From a virus, in IMG/VR virus record IMGVR_UViG_3300020406_000408, positions 4,464 through 68,463 of that record: a stretch of 64,000 nucleotides of DNA; one strand, 5' to 3'. The notes below the pieces were generated by a model, which worked only from the letters and a program-made list of their open reading frames with translations, did not search any database and was not told the DNA's origin. Position 1 is the first letter of the stretch. The number at the start of each line of letters is the position of its first letter. Position numbers and translations under genes: made by a program. Shown in pieces: positions 20,375-28,286 of this stretch.

Positions 20375-21047
20375 TAAACTTTTTCCTTAACCATTCAAAA
20401 TCATTTATTAACCCAAGATCAGCCCCGCTAGAAAGGCCAAACTCCATACCAGCGGTAGCACCTGCCAAAGCAAATTTGCCATACTGTCTATCGTGTCCCA
20501 CGGTTGTCCAAGTTTTAAGTCTTCCATTTGTTTCATTCTCCTTTTGTCTATCTATTGTTTTACTTGATAGTTTAGCACATTCTCTAAAAGCACTTTTCCA
20601 AGTGTTAAAAGGATCTGTGTTGAATGCTGTTATATTACTTACTTCGTTCATGACTTTAAATTTATCACTTATACTAGTAGTCATGTCGTTAGTATTTGTA
20701 TTCATATTTTTTGTTAATGTAGTCGGAAACAACTTTACACCTCCATAACCATAAACAAGATCGTTAATTGGGTTCATACACCTGTATACATGAACTAAAT
20801 CCTTTTCTTCTGTGGTGTATCCAAAATTAAATTCATCTACAATAACAGCATCTCCATCAACTACATAAAAGTAACTTGAGTTTGCGAGTTTGGCCGCTTC
20901 TACATGTGCGTTGTGAATGCCTTTAACATCATTTACACGTTTTACTCTATCGCCAAATACTCCAACAGTATTGAATCTAGAATAAAGATCATTATAATTT
21001 TCTTCTGCATTTGGTTCGTGATAGCTAATAAAAACAATATCATACAT
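20364..21047 (-). CDS. GT-A fold (GT2-like) glycosyltransferase
   Basis: DIVFISYHEP and a DxD motif VVDGD. Start reassigned to MYDIV at 21047. Paralogue of 22407-23327. Confidence 0.65.
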   Translation of the reverse strand: MYDIVFISYHEPNAEENYNDLYSRFNTVGVFGDRVKRVNDVKGIHNAHVEAAKLANSSYFYVVDGDAVIVDEFNFGYTTEEKDLVHVYRCMNPINDLVYGYGGVKLFPTTLTKNMNTNTNDMTTSISDKFKVMNEVSNITAFNTDPFNTWKSAFRECAKLSSKTIDRQKENETNGRLKTWTTVGHDRQYGKFALAGATAGMEFGLSSGADLGLINDFEWLRKKFNEH

Positions 21048-22407
21048 TTTTACAAATCTCCAAAAATTGTTCATACTCAGGAAAAATCTTTACAAAATTT
21101 ATATTTCTTCTTTTGTCATATTGTTTTGTAAACATAAAAAACATTTTTTGAGCTTCTTGCTGTTCTTTCCAGAAGTTATCTTTGTTTTTAAGTCTATGCT
21201 CTACATCTGATACAATACGTTCTAGCTTTACAGTTTCAATCTGTTTGAAGCCATGATGATCTGTGTTTTCTTGCATAAATTTTAGAGCAGGTTTTAAGTA
21301 ATCATCTACTACTTGCTCATTTGCTATTTTAACATCTAAGAACGCAGGATTTCGTACATACGGAATGTCAATAAGTATCCTTTGATTTCCTTGATGCTTA
21401 CCCCAATATGTTGACTTCAAATATAGTACCCAGATCAAAAACGATTTAAATGTTGGCAAACTATAAATGTTAAAAGCACTCATGAAACTGATTTTGCTAG
21501 TGGTATTCCTAGCAAAGTATTCAATATTATCAGTAAATAAACGCCAGTCCATACCAAATCTACTGTACTCTGCTTGTGGGCCTGTGCTTTCTGCACTGGT
21601 GTATAGACAAAATTCTCTAATAGCATTAGAGTCTTCTAACTTTTTTATAGACTTTGTAAACTGTTTCCATAAATCTTTAGGTGGACATCCGTTACTATTA
21701 ATTGCAAATTTTAGATCAGGTTGCGGATGTTCAATAAGATAGTCGATTACCCGTTGCGTATGTTTGCTTAATAATGGTTCTCCTCCTGTAATACGGAAAG
21801 TGTGCATGTGTTTTACAGCTTCGGGAAACCATTTCCAAAACGCTTCAATATAAGGATTTTCTTCACGCTCAGGTATAGGAGTTTCATTTGGATCAATCAT
21901 GTTATATGACCAAGTGTTTAAGTCATATGGTCCTTTTTGCTTGACTTCTTCCATCCACTTACTACTAAAAGGAGGTCCACAGTATGCACATTTAAAATTA
22001 CAAACATTTGAAAAACTTATTTCTACATATCTTGGATAAAAGTCTTCATTACCTGTAAATTTACTAATTGTATCATAATCACTCCAACTAAAAGCATCCG
22101 CACTTTTATAAACTCTATCACTAAATTTATCAGTGTTATCTTCAATACGCCAACAGTAATCACACTCGGCTGGACGTTCATTATTAAGCATTTGCTTTCT
22201 TACGTTTTTTTTAAATCCTGTGTTATGTAAAGCATTGGGATTATTTTTTAATTCTTGGAGATCAATTCTATGTGCCTTGACATGATGACAACTGTGATTT
22301 ATACCAGTACCTAAATGAATTGTCACCTGTGTCCATTTTGCGAGACAAAATCCGCATCCGACATTATCTAACTTTTGCTTGACTTCATTCGGTTCACCTT
22401 TAAGCAT
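21040..22407 (-). CDS. Radical SAM protein with N-terminal twitch-like domain
   Basis: FCLAKW...SCHH...ECDYCW; CNFKCAYC; TGGEP; NSNG. Confidence 0.9.
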   Translation of the reverse strand: MLKGEPNEVKQKLDNVGCGFCLAKWTQVTIHLGTGINHSCHHVKAHRIDLQELKNNPNALHNTGFKKNVRKQMLNNERPAECDYCWRIEDNTDKFSDRVYKSADAFSWSDYDTISKFTGNEDFYPRYVEISFSNVCNFKCAYCGPPFSSKWMEEVKQKGPYDLNTWSYNMIDPNETPIPEREENPYIEAFWKWFPEAVKHMHTFRITGGEPLLSKHTQRVIDYLIEHPQPDLKFAINSNGCPPKDLWKQFTKSIKKLEDSNAIREFCLYTSAESTGPQAEYSRFGMDWRLFTDNIEYFARNTTSKISFMSAFNIYSLPTFKSFLIWVLYLKSTYWGKHQGNQRILIDIPYVRNPAFLDVKIANEQVVDDYLKPALKFMQENTDHHGFKQIETVKLERIVSDVEHRLKNKDNFWKEQQEAQKMFFMFTKQYDKRRNINFVKIFPEYEQFLEICKNV

Positions 22408-23327
22408 TATTTTTCCTGATCAATGAACTGTTGATTTCCGCCTCTGCTTGGATTTTGATAAACATTTTTAAAGAATGAACTTTGTTCTTCGTTCAATGGT
22501 TGTATTGCTATTGGAATCTCTAGATTATTTACTAGGTCACTTCCATGATTAAAGATTTCTGTATGTAAAACATCGTCAGGCATTTGATCACGGCCTGCCC
22601 AGAGATCATTTAGATATTCAAAGTCTCGTACATTTACATAATCCCAATCAGATAGCATAGTCATACAAAGTCCTTCTCTAGCTCCCAATATTGCCCAGTT
22701 TCCGTTTGGGACATCTGCTCCTACCATTAACCAAATCCAAAGTCTATGTAGATTTTTCCAGTGTCCTTTTAAAAACTCTTCTTTGGTTGGCTTGACTCCT
22801 CTATCAAGTGCCATTTTTACACCTTCACGAAATCCTGCTCGCCAAGCCTGATGTGGTGTTTCGTTATTGTGTACATCTGAATAACAACTATTTTGTTGAA
22901 TATACTGTAGGTCCCAACAAAAGTCAACCTGTGCCTGTTTATTATCAGGATCAGCATTTTCATGTGTTTTCATATCTAAAACATACTGCTTTGGCCAACA
23001 TTTTAATCCGCCATTTCCATACAGTAATCCATTAATAGTATTTTTACCACACCAACTAATTACACTATGCTCTAAGTCTGTGTGTTCATCAAAATCTAAC
23101 ACTTGATTAATAAAGTCTTGACGTATAGTATTGTCGCCGTCTACTGTAATAAAACGATCTGTTTCGCTCAATTTAGCACACGCTTTATGTGCGGCATCTG
23201 AACCTTCTACACCGTGTACACGTTTTGCCCAAGGAACTTTTGTTAATAGGTCTGCATAATTTTTATCAGCATTTGGTTCGTCATAACTTAAATAAATTAT
23301 ATCTACTTCTGCAATTTTTACTTTCAT
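22407..23327 (-). CDS. GT-A fold (GT2-like) glycosyltransferase
   Basis: DIIYLSYDEP, TVDGD, YGNGGLK and AWRAGFREGVKM. Confidence 0.65.
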   Translation of the reverse strand: MKVKIAEVDIIYLSYDEPNADKNYADLLTKVPWAKRVHGVEGSDAAHKACAKLSETDRFITVDGDNTIRQDFINQVLDFDEHTDLEHSVISWCGKNTINGLLYGNGGLKCWPKQYVLDMKTHENADPDNKQAQVDFCWDLQYIQQNSCYSDVHNNETPHQAWRAGFREGVKMALDRGVKPTKEEFLKGHWKNLHRLWIWLMVGADVPNGNWAILGAREGLCMTMLSDWDYVNVRDFEYLNDLWAGRDQMPDDVLHTEIFNHGSDLVNNLEIPIAIQPLNEEQSSFFKNVYQNPSRGGNQQFIDQEK

Positions 23328-23866
23328 TATAACTCCTTATACATACAAGTTGCCATATCACTACTTGCAAAGATACTATATTCATCTTTTATATTAATTA
23401 TCTGTTCTTTAGGGTCAGCAATATTAAATGTAGCCATATCATACAATATATGCGGATCACCTTTCTTTGTAAAACTAAAAGTAATCTCTTTTTGAAGATC
23501 TACGTTTGTTGTTTTCATTGTATCTAATAATTCAATACCGGATCTAATATAACATCTTTTAGACTTTTTGTCGACCGTTAAAAGTAAATCATACATAGCA
23601 GATTCATCTACAGGCATAATTTCTGTAAATTGTTCTGTGTGTTCGATATAAATGTTCTTTTTAAGAACAAATGCTTTATTAGTCCTGTTATACGCTACAA
23701 CATAGTCAGTCATGTTTGCTTTAAAAGTTTTTATAGGTTCAATCTCTTCTTCGGTAACCTCAAAATACTGATATCCTTCTTCTATACTAGGTCCAATACT
23801 AAAGATCTCACCAGTCTTTTGATTAAAACAAACATACTGCGGAGTATCTATTTTGACATGTTGCAT
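23327..23866 (-). CDS. Hypothetical protein
   Basis: A GGAGG RBS precedes the ATG at 23866; the ORF overlaps both neighbours. No motif recognised. Confidence 0.6.
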   Translation of the reverse strand: MQHVKIDTPQYVCFNQKTGEIFSIGPSIEEGYQYFEVTEEEIEPIKTFKANMTDYVVAYNRTNKAFVLKKNIYIEHTEQFTEIMPVDESAMYDLLLTVDKKSKRCYIRSGIELLDTMKTTNVDLQKEITFSFTKKGDPHILYDMATFNIADPKEQIINIKDEYSIFASSDMATCMYKEL

Positions 23867-24645
23867 AACACCTCCTCGCAAAAACTATTTTCTGTGTAGT
23901 GAAAAATTCCATGCTGTTTATAATTGCCAACTTTTAATTCGTCGCTAATATAATATGGCACAGTATCGGTCCATGTATCGGTTGGATTATCCCATCCTTG
24001 AACTTTGCTTTTCATATGTGTAAAAGATGCAAAATTAATATTGTAGTCTTGTATATTGCAATCAAGCAATGAGACAGCATGATTTACATCCATACTACTT
24101 AAAGTAGGCTTTTGCTTAGGAACATATACTTCGTAATATTTTTCAAAGTTCTCACATACTCGATTCAATACTTTATAATAATTTAGTGCTCTGTCATCTT
24201 TTTTAAAATAATGAAAGGCACAATATATATTAGGTAGATTATTAACTGTAAATGCTTTTCTGTAGAAATCATTTGTGATAGTATTACCTCGGTAATCTTT
24301 TACTTTGCTTACAAATCCTATACTTTTTTCTGCAAAGTATTTCCACCAATGCGAAATATCTGATAAAAACATCATATCAGTGTCTAGTACAACTGTTTCA
24401 TCATATGGAGTTAAATGAAATACTTTCCATCTGTGTTCTGTTTTATAAAAACTTTGTGAGTGTTTGTCATGCCACGGTACTTCTATAATTTTATCAAACA
24501 CACTTTTATATTCTTCCGGAACTGGGTCACTTGTTACTATAGACACATTTTTAATTGATTGTGTTTTCTTTATACTGAACGCACACAAATATGCTTGACG
24601 CACATAGTCATCACCCATAGCTACCATAATATATCCCTTATCCAT
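23848..24645 (-). CDS. GT-A glycosyltransferase (GT8/mannosyltransferase-like)
   Basis: YVRQAYLCAFSI, FDKIIEV, TPYDETVVLDTDMMF and FHY. Confidence 0.7.
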   Translation of the reverse strand: MDKGYIMVAMGDDYVRQAYLCAFSIKKTQSIKNVSIVTSDPVPEEYKSVFDKIIEVPWHDKHSQSFYKTEHRWKVFHLTPYDETVVLDTDMMFLSDISHWWKYFAEKSIGFVSKVKDYRGNTITNDFYRKAFTVNNLPNIYCAFHYFKKDDRALNYYKVLNRVCENFEKYYEVYVPKQKPTLSSMDVNHAVSLLDCNIQDYNINFASFTHMKSKVQGWDNPTDTWTDTVPYYISDELKVGNYKQHGIFHYTENSFCEEVLCNMSK

Positions 24646-25462
24646 TTATAAGTTCTCCCAAACTAAACTTATTCATGACATGTACATTACAGTCTTTTGT
24701 TGATGCTAAAATATATTCTCCTACATATTTTTCTTTCTGTATTAAGAACGTAATAAAATCATCTTCAATAGCTTTAACAATATCCCTATCTAATGTATAA
24801 AACATCTTACCCGGTAAAGTCTTTGCCCAATTTCCGTCTTTGAATCCGTTCATTATATGTATAGCAATACTAAACACATGATCGTTTCTAAAGTTTCTGC
24901 TTCCTAGATTATATACTTGTTTGTAATGTTTCCAATTATTTACTAAATGTTTCAACAGGTCAAAGAATATTTTTGTTTCTTGTGTTTTTGTAAAACAAAA
25001 GCAAGTTGCCCAATAAAAAGGAATACCAGTATTATTAATATAATCAAATTCTTTATGCTTACGCCAACTACACAAATCAATACCTTTTTTATATATTTGA
25101 AAACTGTGTAAGTTATTAAATGCTTTTTTAAATACATCATTACAAATTATGTAATCTGTATCAAGGACAAGTGTAGTATCATAAGGAGATAATTCATAAC
25201 TTTTTACTCTGTCGTTATTTTTAAATATTAATTTTTGGTGATGTAGAGAGCCGTTATAATAACGCTTTACGTTACTATTATCATCTGCTATTTCAATTAC
25301 TTGATCAAATACTTTATTGCTGTTAAGACTTTGTGGCGTAGACGTGACTAAGGTAGTTGGAAGATTTAAATGTTGCTTTACACGCTTTGCAAGGAATTCT
25401 GCTTGCCTTAAATAATCTACTTTTCCGTTATTGTGTGCAAAACATAACACACCATTAGACAT
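24638..25462 (-). CDS. GT-A glycosyltransferase (GT8-like)
   Basis: YLRQA, FDQVIEI, SPYDTTLVLDTDY and FRND. Paralogue of its neighbour. Confidence 0.7.
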   Translation of the reverse strand: MSNGVLCFAHNNGKVDYLRQAEFLAKRVKQHLNLPTTLVTSTPQSLNSNKVFDQVIEIADDNSNVKRYYNGSLHHQKLIFKNNDRVKSYELSPYDTTLVLDTDYIICNDVFKKAFNNLHSFQIYKKGIDLCSWRKHKEFDYINNTGIPFYWATCFCFTKTQETKIFFDLLKHLVNNWKHYKQVYNLGSRNFRNDHVFSIAIHIMNGFKDGNWAKTLPGKMFYTLDRDIVKAIEDDFITFLIQKEKYVGEYILASTKDCNVHVMNKFSLGELING

Positions 25463-25799
25463 CTACTAAACCTTCTACACTACGTTTGGTGCTTAAACTC
25501 TTGTAATCGCCCAAGTATTTGTTAGTCGCATCTGTGTATTGTTGTGTGGCTTTTGTTATAAAAGCATTAATATCATTAATTTGTATTGGAGTGTTATTGT
25601 CATCAATAAGAACTGTTTTGCCACTATTGTTGCTTATCATATAAACAAAGTTAAGAAGTTCTTTTGTAATAGTAAACTTACCATTATCAGAATACATCAC
25701 AAGATCTCCCAGATACTTTTCATGAAGAATTCGTTTTTGGGTATTTAGAGTAGCAGTAAAATTGGAAAATTCCAATGCTTTTTTCAATGCTTCATCCAT
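25455..25799 (-). CDS. Hypothetical protein, first gene of the GT operon
   Basis: AGGAG RBS and an upstream TAAATA; overlaps the next gene. Confidence 0.65.
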   Translation of the reverse strand: MDEALKKALEFSNFTATLNTQKRILHEKYLGDLVMYSDNGKFTITKELLNFVYMISNNSGKTVLIDDNNTPIQINDINAFITKATQQYTDATNKYLGDYKSLSTKRSVEGLVDV

Positions 25800-25832
25800 A
25801 GTTATACTCCTAGTTTACAGTATAACTATTTA
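25798..25832 (-). promoter_or_regulatory. Late promoter TAAATA overlapping an 11-bp hairpin that covers the RBS and start
   Basis: TAAATA at 25832-25827; inverted repeat 25798-25808 / 25819-25829. Confidence 0.6.
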
Positions 25833-25835
25833 ATC

Positions 25836-26750
25836 TTATAGCCCGTTGGTAGTATTGAAAGTTGGCGCTGGTACATTTACAGCGTTGGTGTTATTTGGTC
25901 TAGTTTGTTGAGCTGTACTTGTTGTTGTAGCAGTAACGGCTTCATCAAAATTTGGATTTGGTCCTTTATCTTCATTAAATGTTACTCTGAAAAACAAAGT
26001 AGCACCACTTTTATATGCTTCAATCAAATAATCGTTAGCACTATACGCACTAGCAGTCTTATTAAAAATAGTTACATACGATCCAGGTAAATTAACGTAA
26101 CCGTAGCTGGTTCCTGTAGAACCATTACTTGTAGCACTTCTTCCAAAAACTACAGTACCAACTGATGACATTAAGCTTCTCCAGTCATTGTTGATTGTGC
26201 TATTTCCAGATCCTATTGTTCCGCTTAAATTTATAGTTCCGCCCGCATTAAAAAATACACGCATATGATCAGAACCACTTATAGTAGTTGAACTACCATC
26301 TCCATTTGTAACTGAATATCCGCCAAAGGTTACTGTAAAGTAATGATCAATATCAGTTGACCAAGAAGCAGATCTTGAACTTGATGTGCCTGCTTGTAAA
26401 CCTAAGTTTCCAGCGTTGGCAGTTAACCTTGATGCTTGAGCTGTAATACTTAAACTTTCGTATTGAGCATAGCCTTTTTTAGTAGAGTTATTATTATCTT
26501 CTATTGTATCTCCAGATGATGGTGGAGCTATTTCACCAGGTAAACTTCCTGTTTGATGAACTCTTATTTTAGTTAGGTCTGTGTCTAGGTTGACCATATC
26601 TGTAGCTGTAACTGTGTTACCTACTACAACAGTCTGACTGGTTACTGCTTGTCCGTATCCTTCGTCTCCTGCTCCTAATCCTAATACTGCCGCTACTCTT
26701 GCTCTAATATTATTATATCGTGCCGCGGTAATTGTATCGCCTACTGCCAT
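25836..26750 (-). CDS. Virion structural protein (fibre-associated)
   Basis: Rich in Gly/Ser/Thr/Asn, with VFFNAGG; lies at the end of the fibre gene run. Confidence 0.55.
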   Translation of the reverse strand: MAVGDTITAARYNNIRARVAAVLGLGAGDEGYGQAVTSQTVVVGNTVTATDMVNLDTDLTKIRVHQTGSLPGEIAPPSSGDTIEDNNNSTKKGYAQYESLSITAQASRLTANAGNLGLQAGTSSSRSASWSTDIDHYFTVTFGGYSVTNGDGSSTTISGSDHMRVFFNAGGTINLSGTIGSGNSTINNDWRSLMSSVGTVVFGRSATSNGSTGTSYGYVNLPGSYVTIFNKTASAYSANDYLIEAYKSGATLFFRVTFNEDKGPNPNFDEAVTATTTSTAQQTRPNNTNAVNVPAPTFNTTNGL

Positions 26751-26766
26751 TTTACTTCCTTATATT

Positions 26767-28254
26767 TTATAACTTCAAAATACATTCTACTAAAGTTTCT
26801 TCGTGCCTGTCATTACTTTCTAAAGCAATACCTATCATGTCACCGTTTCCGTCAACACTAGCTGTACCGTTATTAGCAATATATACAGACTCACCTTTAT
26901 TTACCGGACCTGTTATTCTTACAGGTACTCTTCCGACTAAGGCTACTGCTTGTCCTTCAGCTTCTGAATTCATTAAATATGCTGGTTTCATACTGATAAC
27001 TCCAATACAAATTGCGTCATCACCTTCACATGCTGTAGCTTCTTTTTCTCCGCCAATTGTAATAAGCGTTCCTACAGGATAATTTTTATCAGTTTCGTAT
27101 TTTTCTGCCAAGTCAGCATATCTAGCCTGGGTTGAAATTCCGTTAAAAATATTTGCCGCTATATTACCACTTGAATCTCTTACAGCTACCGTATTATTTG
27201 TAGCATTAGTATCACCTGTTCTAAAATTACTTCCAACTTGTAAATTGGTAGCATTTGTCGCTAATCCAATAAATGATGTAGCATATATTGATCTAAATTT
27301 GTAATTAGGATCACCTATGTCAAAAGTGGTAGTTGATGTAGGAATCAATCCTGCCGCTGATACATGGAACGGCTCAGTACTTACTCCGCCACTTGACTTA
27401 ACAATGAATCTTATTTTCTGTCCTACTGTGTTTTCAATTACTGCTTCGTCGCCACTTCCTGATGTATCAATATAGATTTTACCATCGTTAGCGGCACCTA
27501 CTGTTAAACCATTATCACTAAATCTTACTATATCATCAAATGAACTTTCTACTCCTGGTGTGTTCTGTACGAAGTTTGCCGCAATAACACCGCCTAGTGC
27601 TTCAGCGTTTGTTGCTGTACCGTGGAATCTGTGTGATGAACTTGTGACCCCGTTTGTACCACTTGTTGTATTTCTTAATGTTACACCTTGACGTACAACA
27701 TCAAATCCTGTAATTACGTTTGTTGGATCAGTAGAATCTATAGTAAATTCTGAATTACTAATAATAAACACAACTCCGTCTTCTACAGTACCTTTAATAA
27801 TTGTTCTGTTATTTTGACTAGAATCTCTTACTTGCTCAGTTACCATAGCAGAAACTGTAGCACCAATACTTTGTGGACCAATTAAAACAAAGCCCCCAGC
27901 GGCATTTTGTGCGTACAATTGATTATTACCGCTATCCCACCAAAAATCACCAGTGGTTAATCCAACAGGCTGTGTTGAACTTACTTCTGCTCCGCCTGTG
28001 GATCTAAATTTTGTACCATCGTAAAATTTTAATTTGCTTCCTGAACTATCAAACCAAATCTGTCCTGTTAAAGGTGATGCTGGTTGATTAGCACTTGAAA
28101 AGTTTTCAAGTAAATGTACAAAGTTTTCGTTTTGTATTTCTCCGTAGCCAGCATAGTTCTTACCAACTAGCTTAAGAGATGTGCTTTGATCAATAGTACC
28201 ATCTTCAACAGTTGCTAACTGCGATCCGTTTGTTAAGTTTATTACGTATGCCAT
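26767..28254 (-). CDS. Tail fibre protein with C-terminal intramolecular chaperone (Peptidase_G2-like)
   Basis: Shared N-terminal fibre module; C-terminal YADLAEKY...GVIS.KPAYLMN...VALVGRVPV. Confidence 0.7.
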   Translation of the reverse strand: MAYVINLTNGSQLATVEDGTIDQSTSLKLVGKNYAGYGEIQNENFVHLLENFSSANQPASPLTGQIWFDSSGSKLKFYDGTKFRSTGGAEVSSTQPVGLTTGDFWWDSGNNQLYAQNAAGGFVLIGPQSIGATVSAMVTEQVRDSSQNNRTIIKGTVEDGVVFIISNSEFTIDSTDPTNVITGFDVVRQGVTLRNTTSGTNGVTSSSHRFHGTATNAEALGGVIAANFVQNTPGVESSFDDIVRFSDNGLTVGAANDGKIYIDTSGSGDEAVIENTVGQKIRFIVKSSGGVSTEPFHVSAAGLIPTSTTTFDIGDPNYKFRSIYATSFIGLATNATNLQVGSNFRTGDTNATNNTVAVRDSSGNIAANIFNGISTQARYADLAEKYETDKNYPVGTLITIGGEKEATACEGDDAICIGVISMKPAYLMNSEAEGQAVALVGRVPVRITGPVNKGESVYIANNGTASVDGNGDMIGIALESNDRHEETLVECILKL

Positions 28255-28278
28255 CTATAACCCCTAATATGTTATATG

Positions 28279-28286
28279 TATTTATA
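28279..28286 (-). promoter_or_regulatory. T4-type late promoter TATAAATA
   Basis: Exact T4 gp55 consensus 25 nt upstream of the ATG at 28254. Confidence 0.65.

Noticed and set aside
9872-23881. Longer N-termini given by the ORF track (starts 9916, 11372, 19239, 21074, 23881)
   Set aside because: The extensions overlap upstream genes. Downstream starts give stop/start coupling or a good RBS and match where the domains begin.
1-25799. RiPP cluster interpretation (radical SAM/SPASM plus a precursor peptide)
   Set aside because: The gaps are too small to hold a precursor, and no RRE/PqqD domain, peptidase or exporter is recognisable. It is not excluded if the precursor lies outside the window.
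1-25799. Known DNA hypermodification systems (7-deazaguanine, hmC/hmU, dZ)
   Set aside because: No recognisable DpdA/QueC/QueD/FolE, thymidylate-synthase-like hydroxymethylase, aGPT-Pplase or PurZ in this window. DNA as the target remains possible but is unsupported here.
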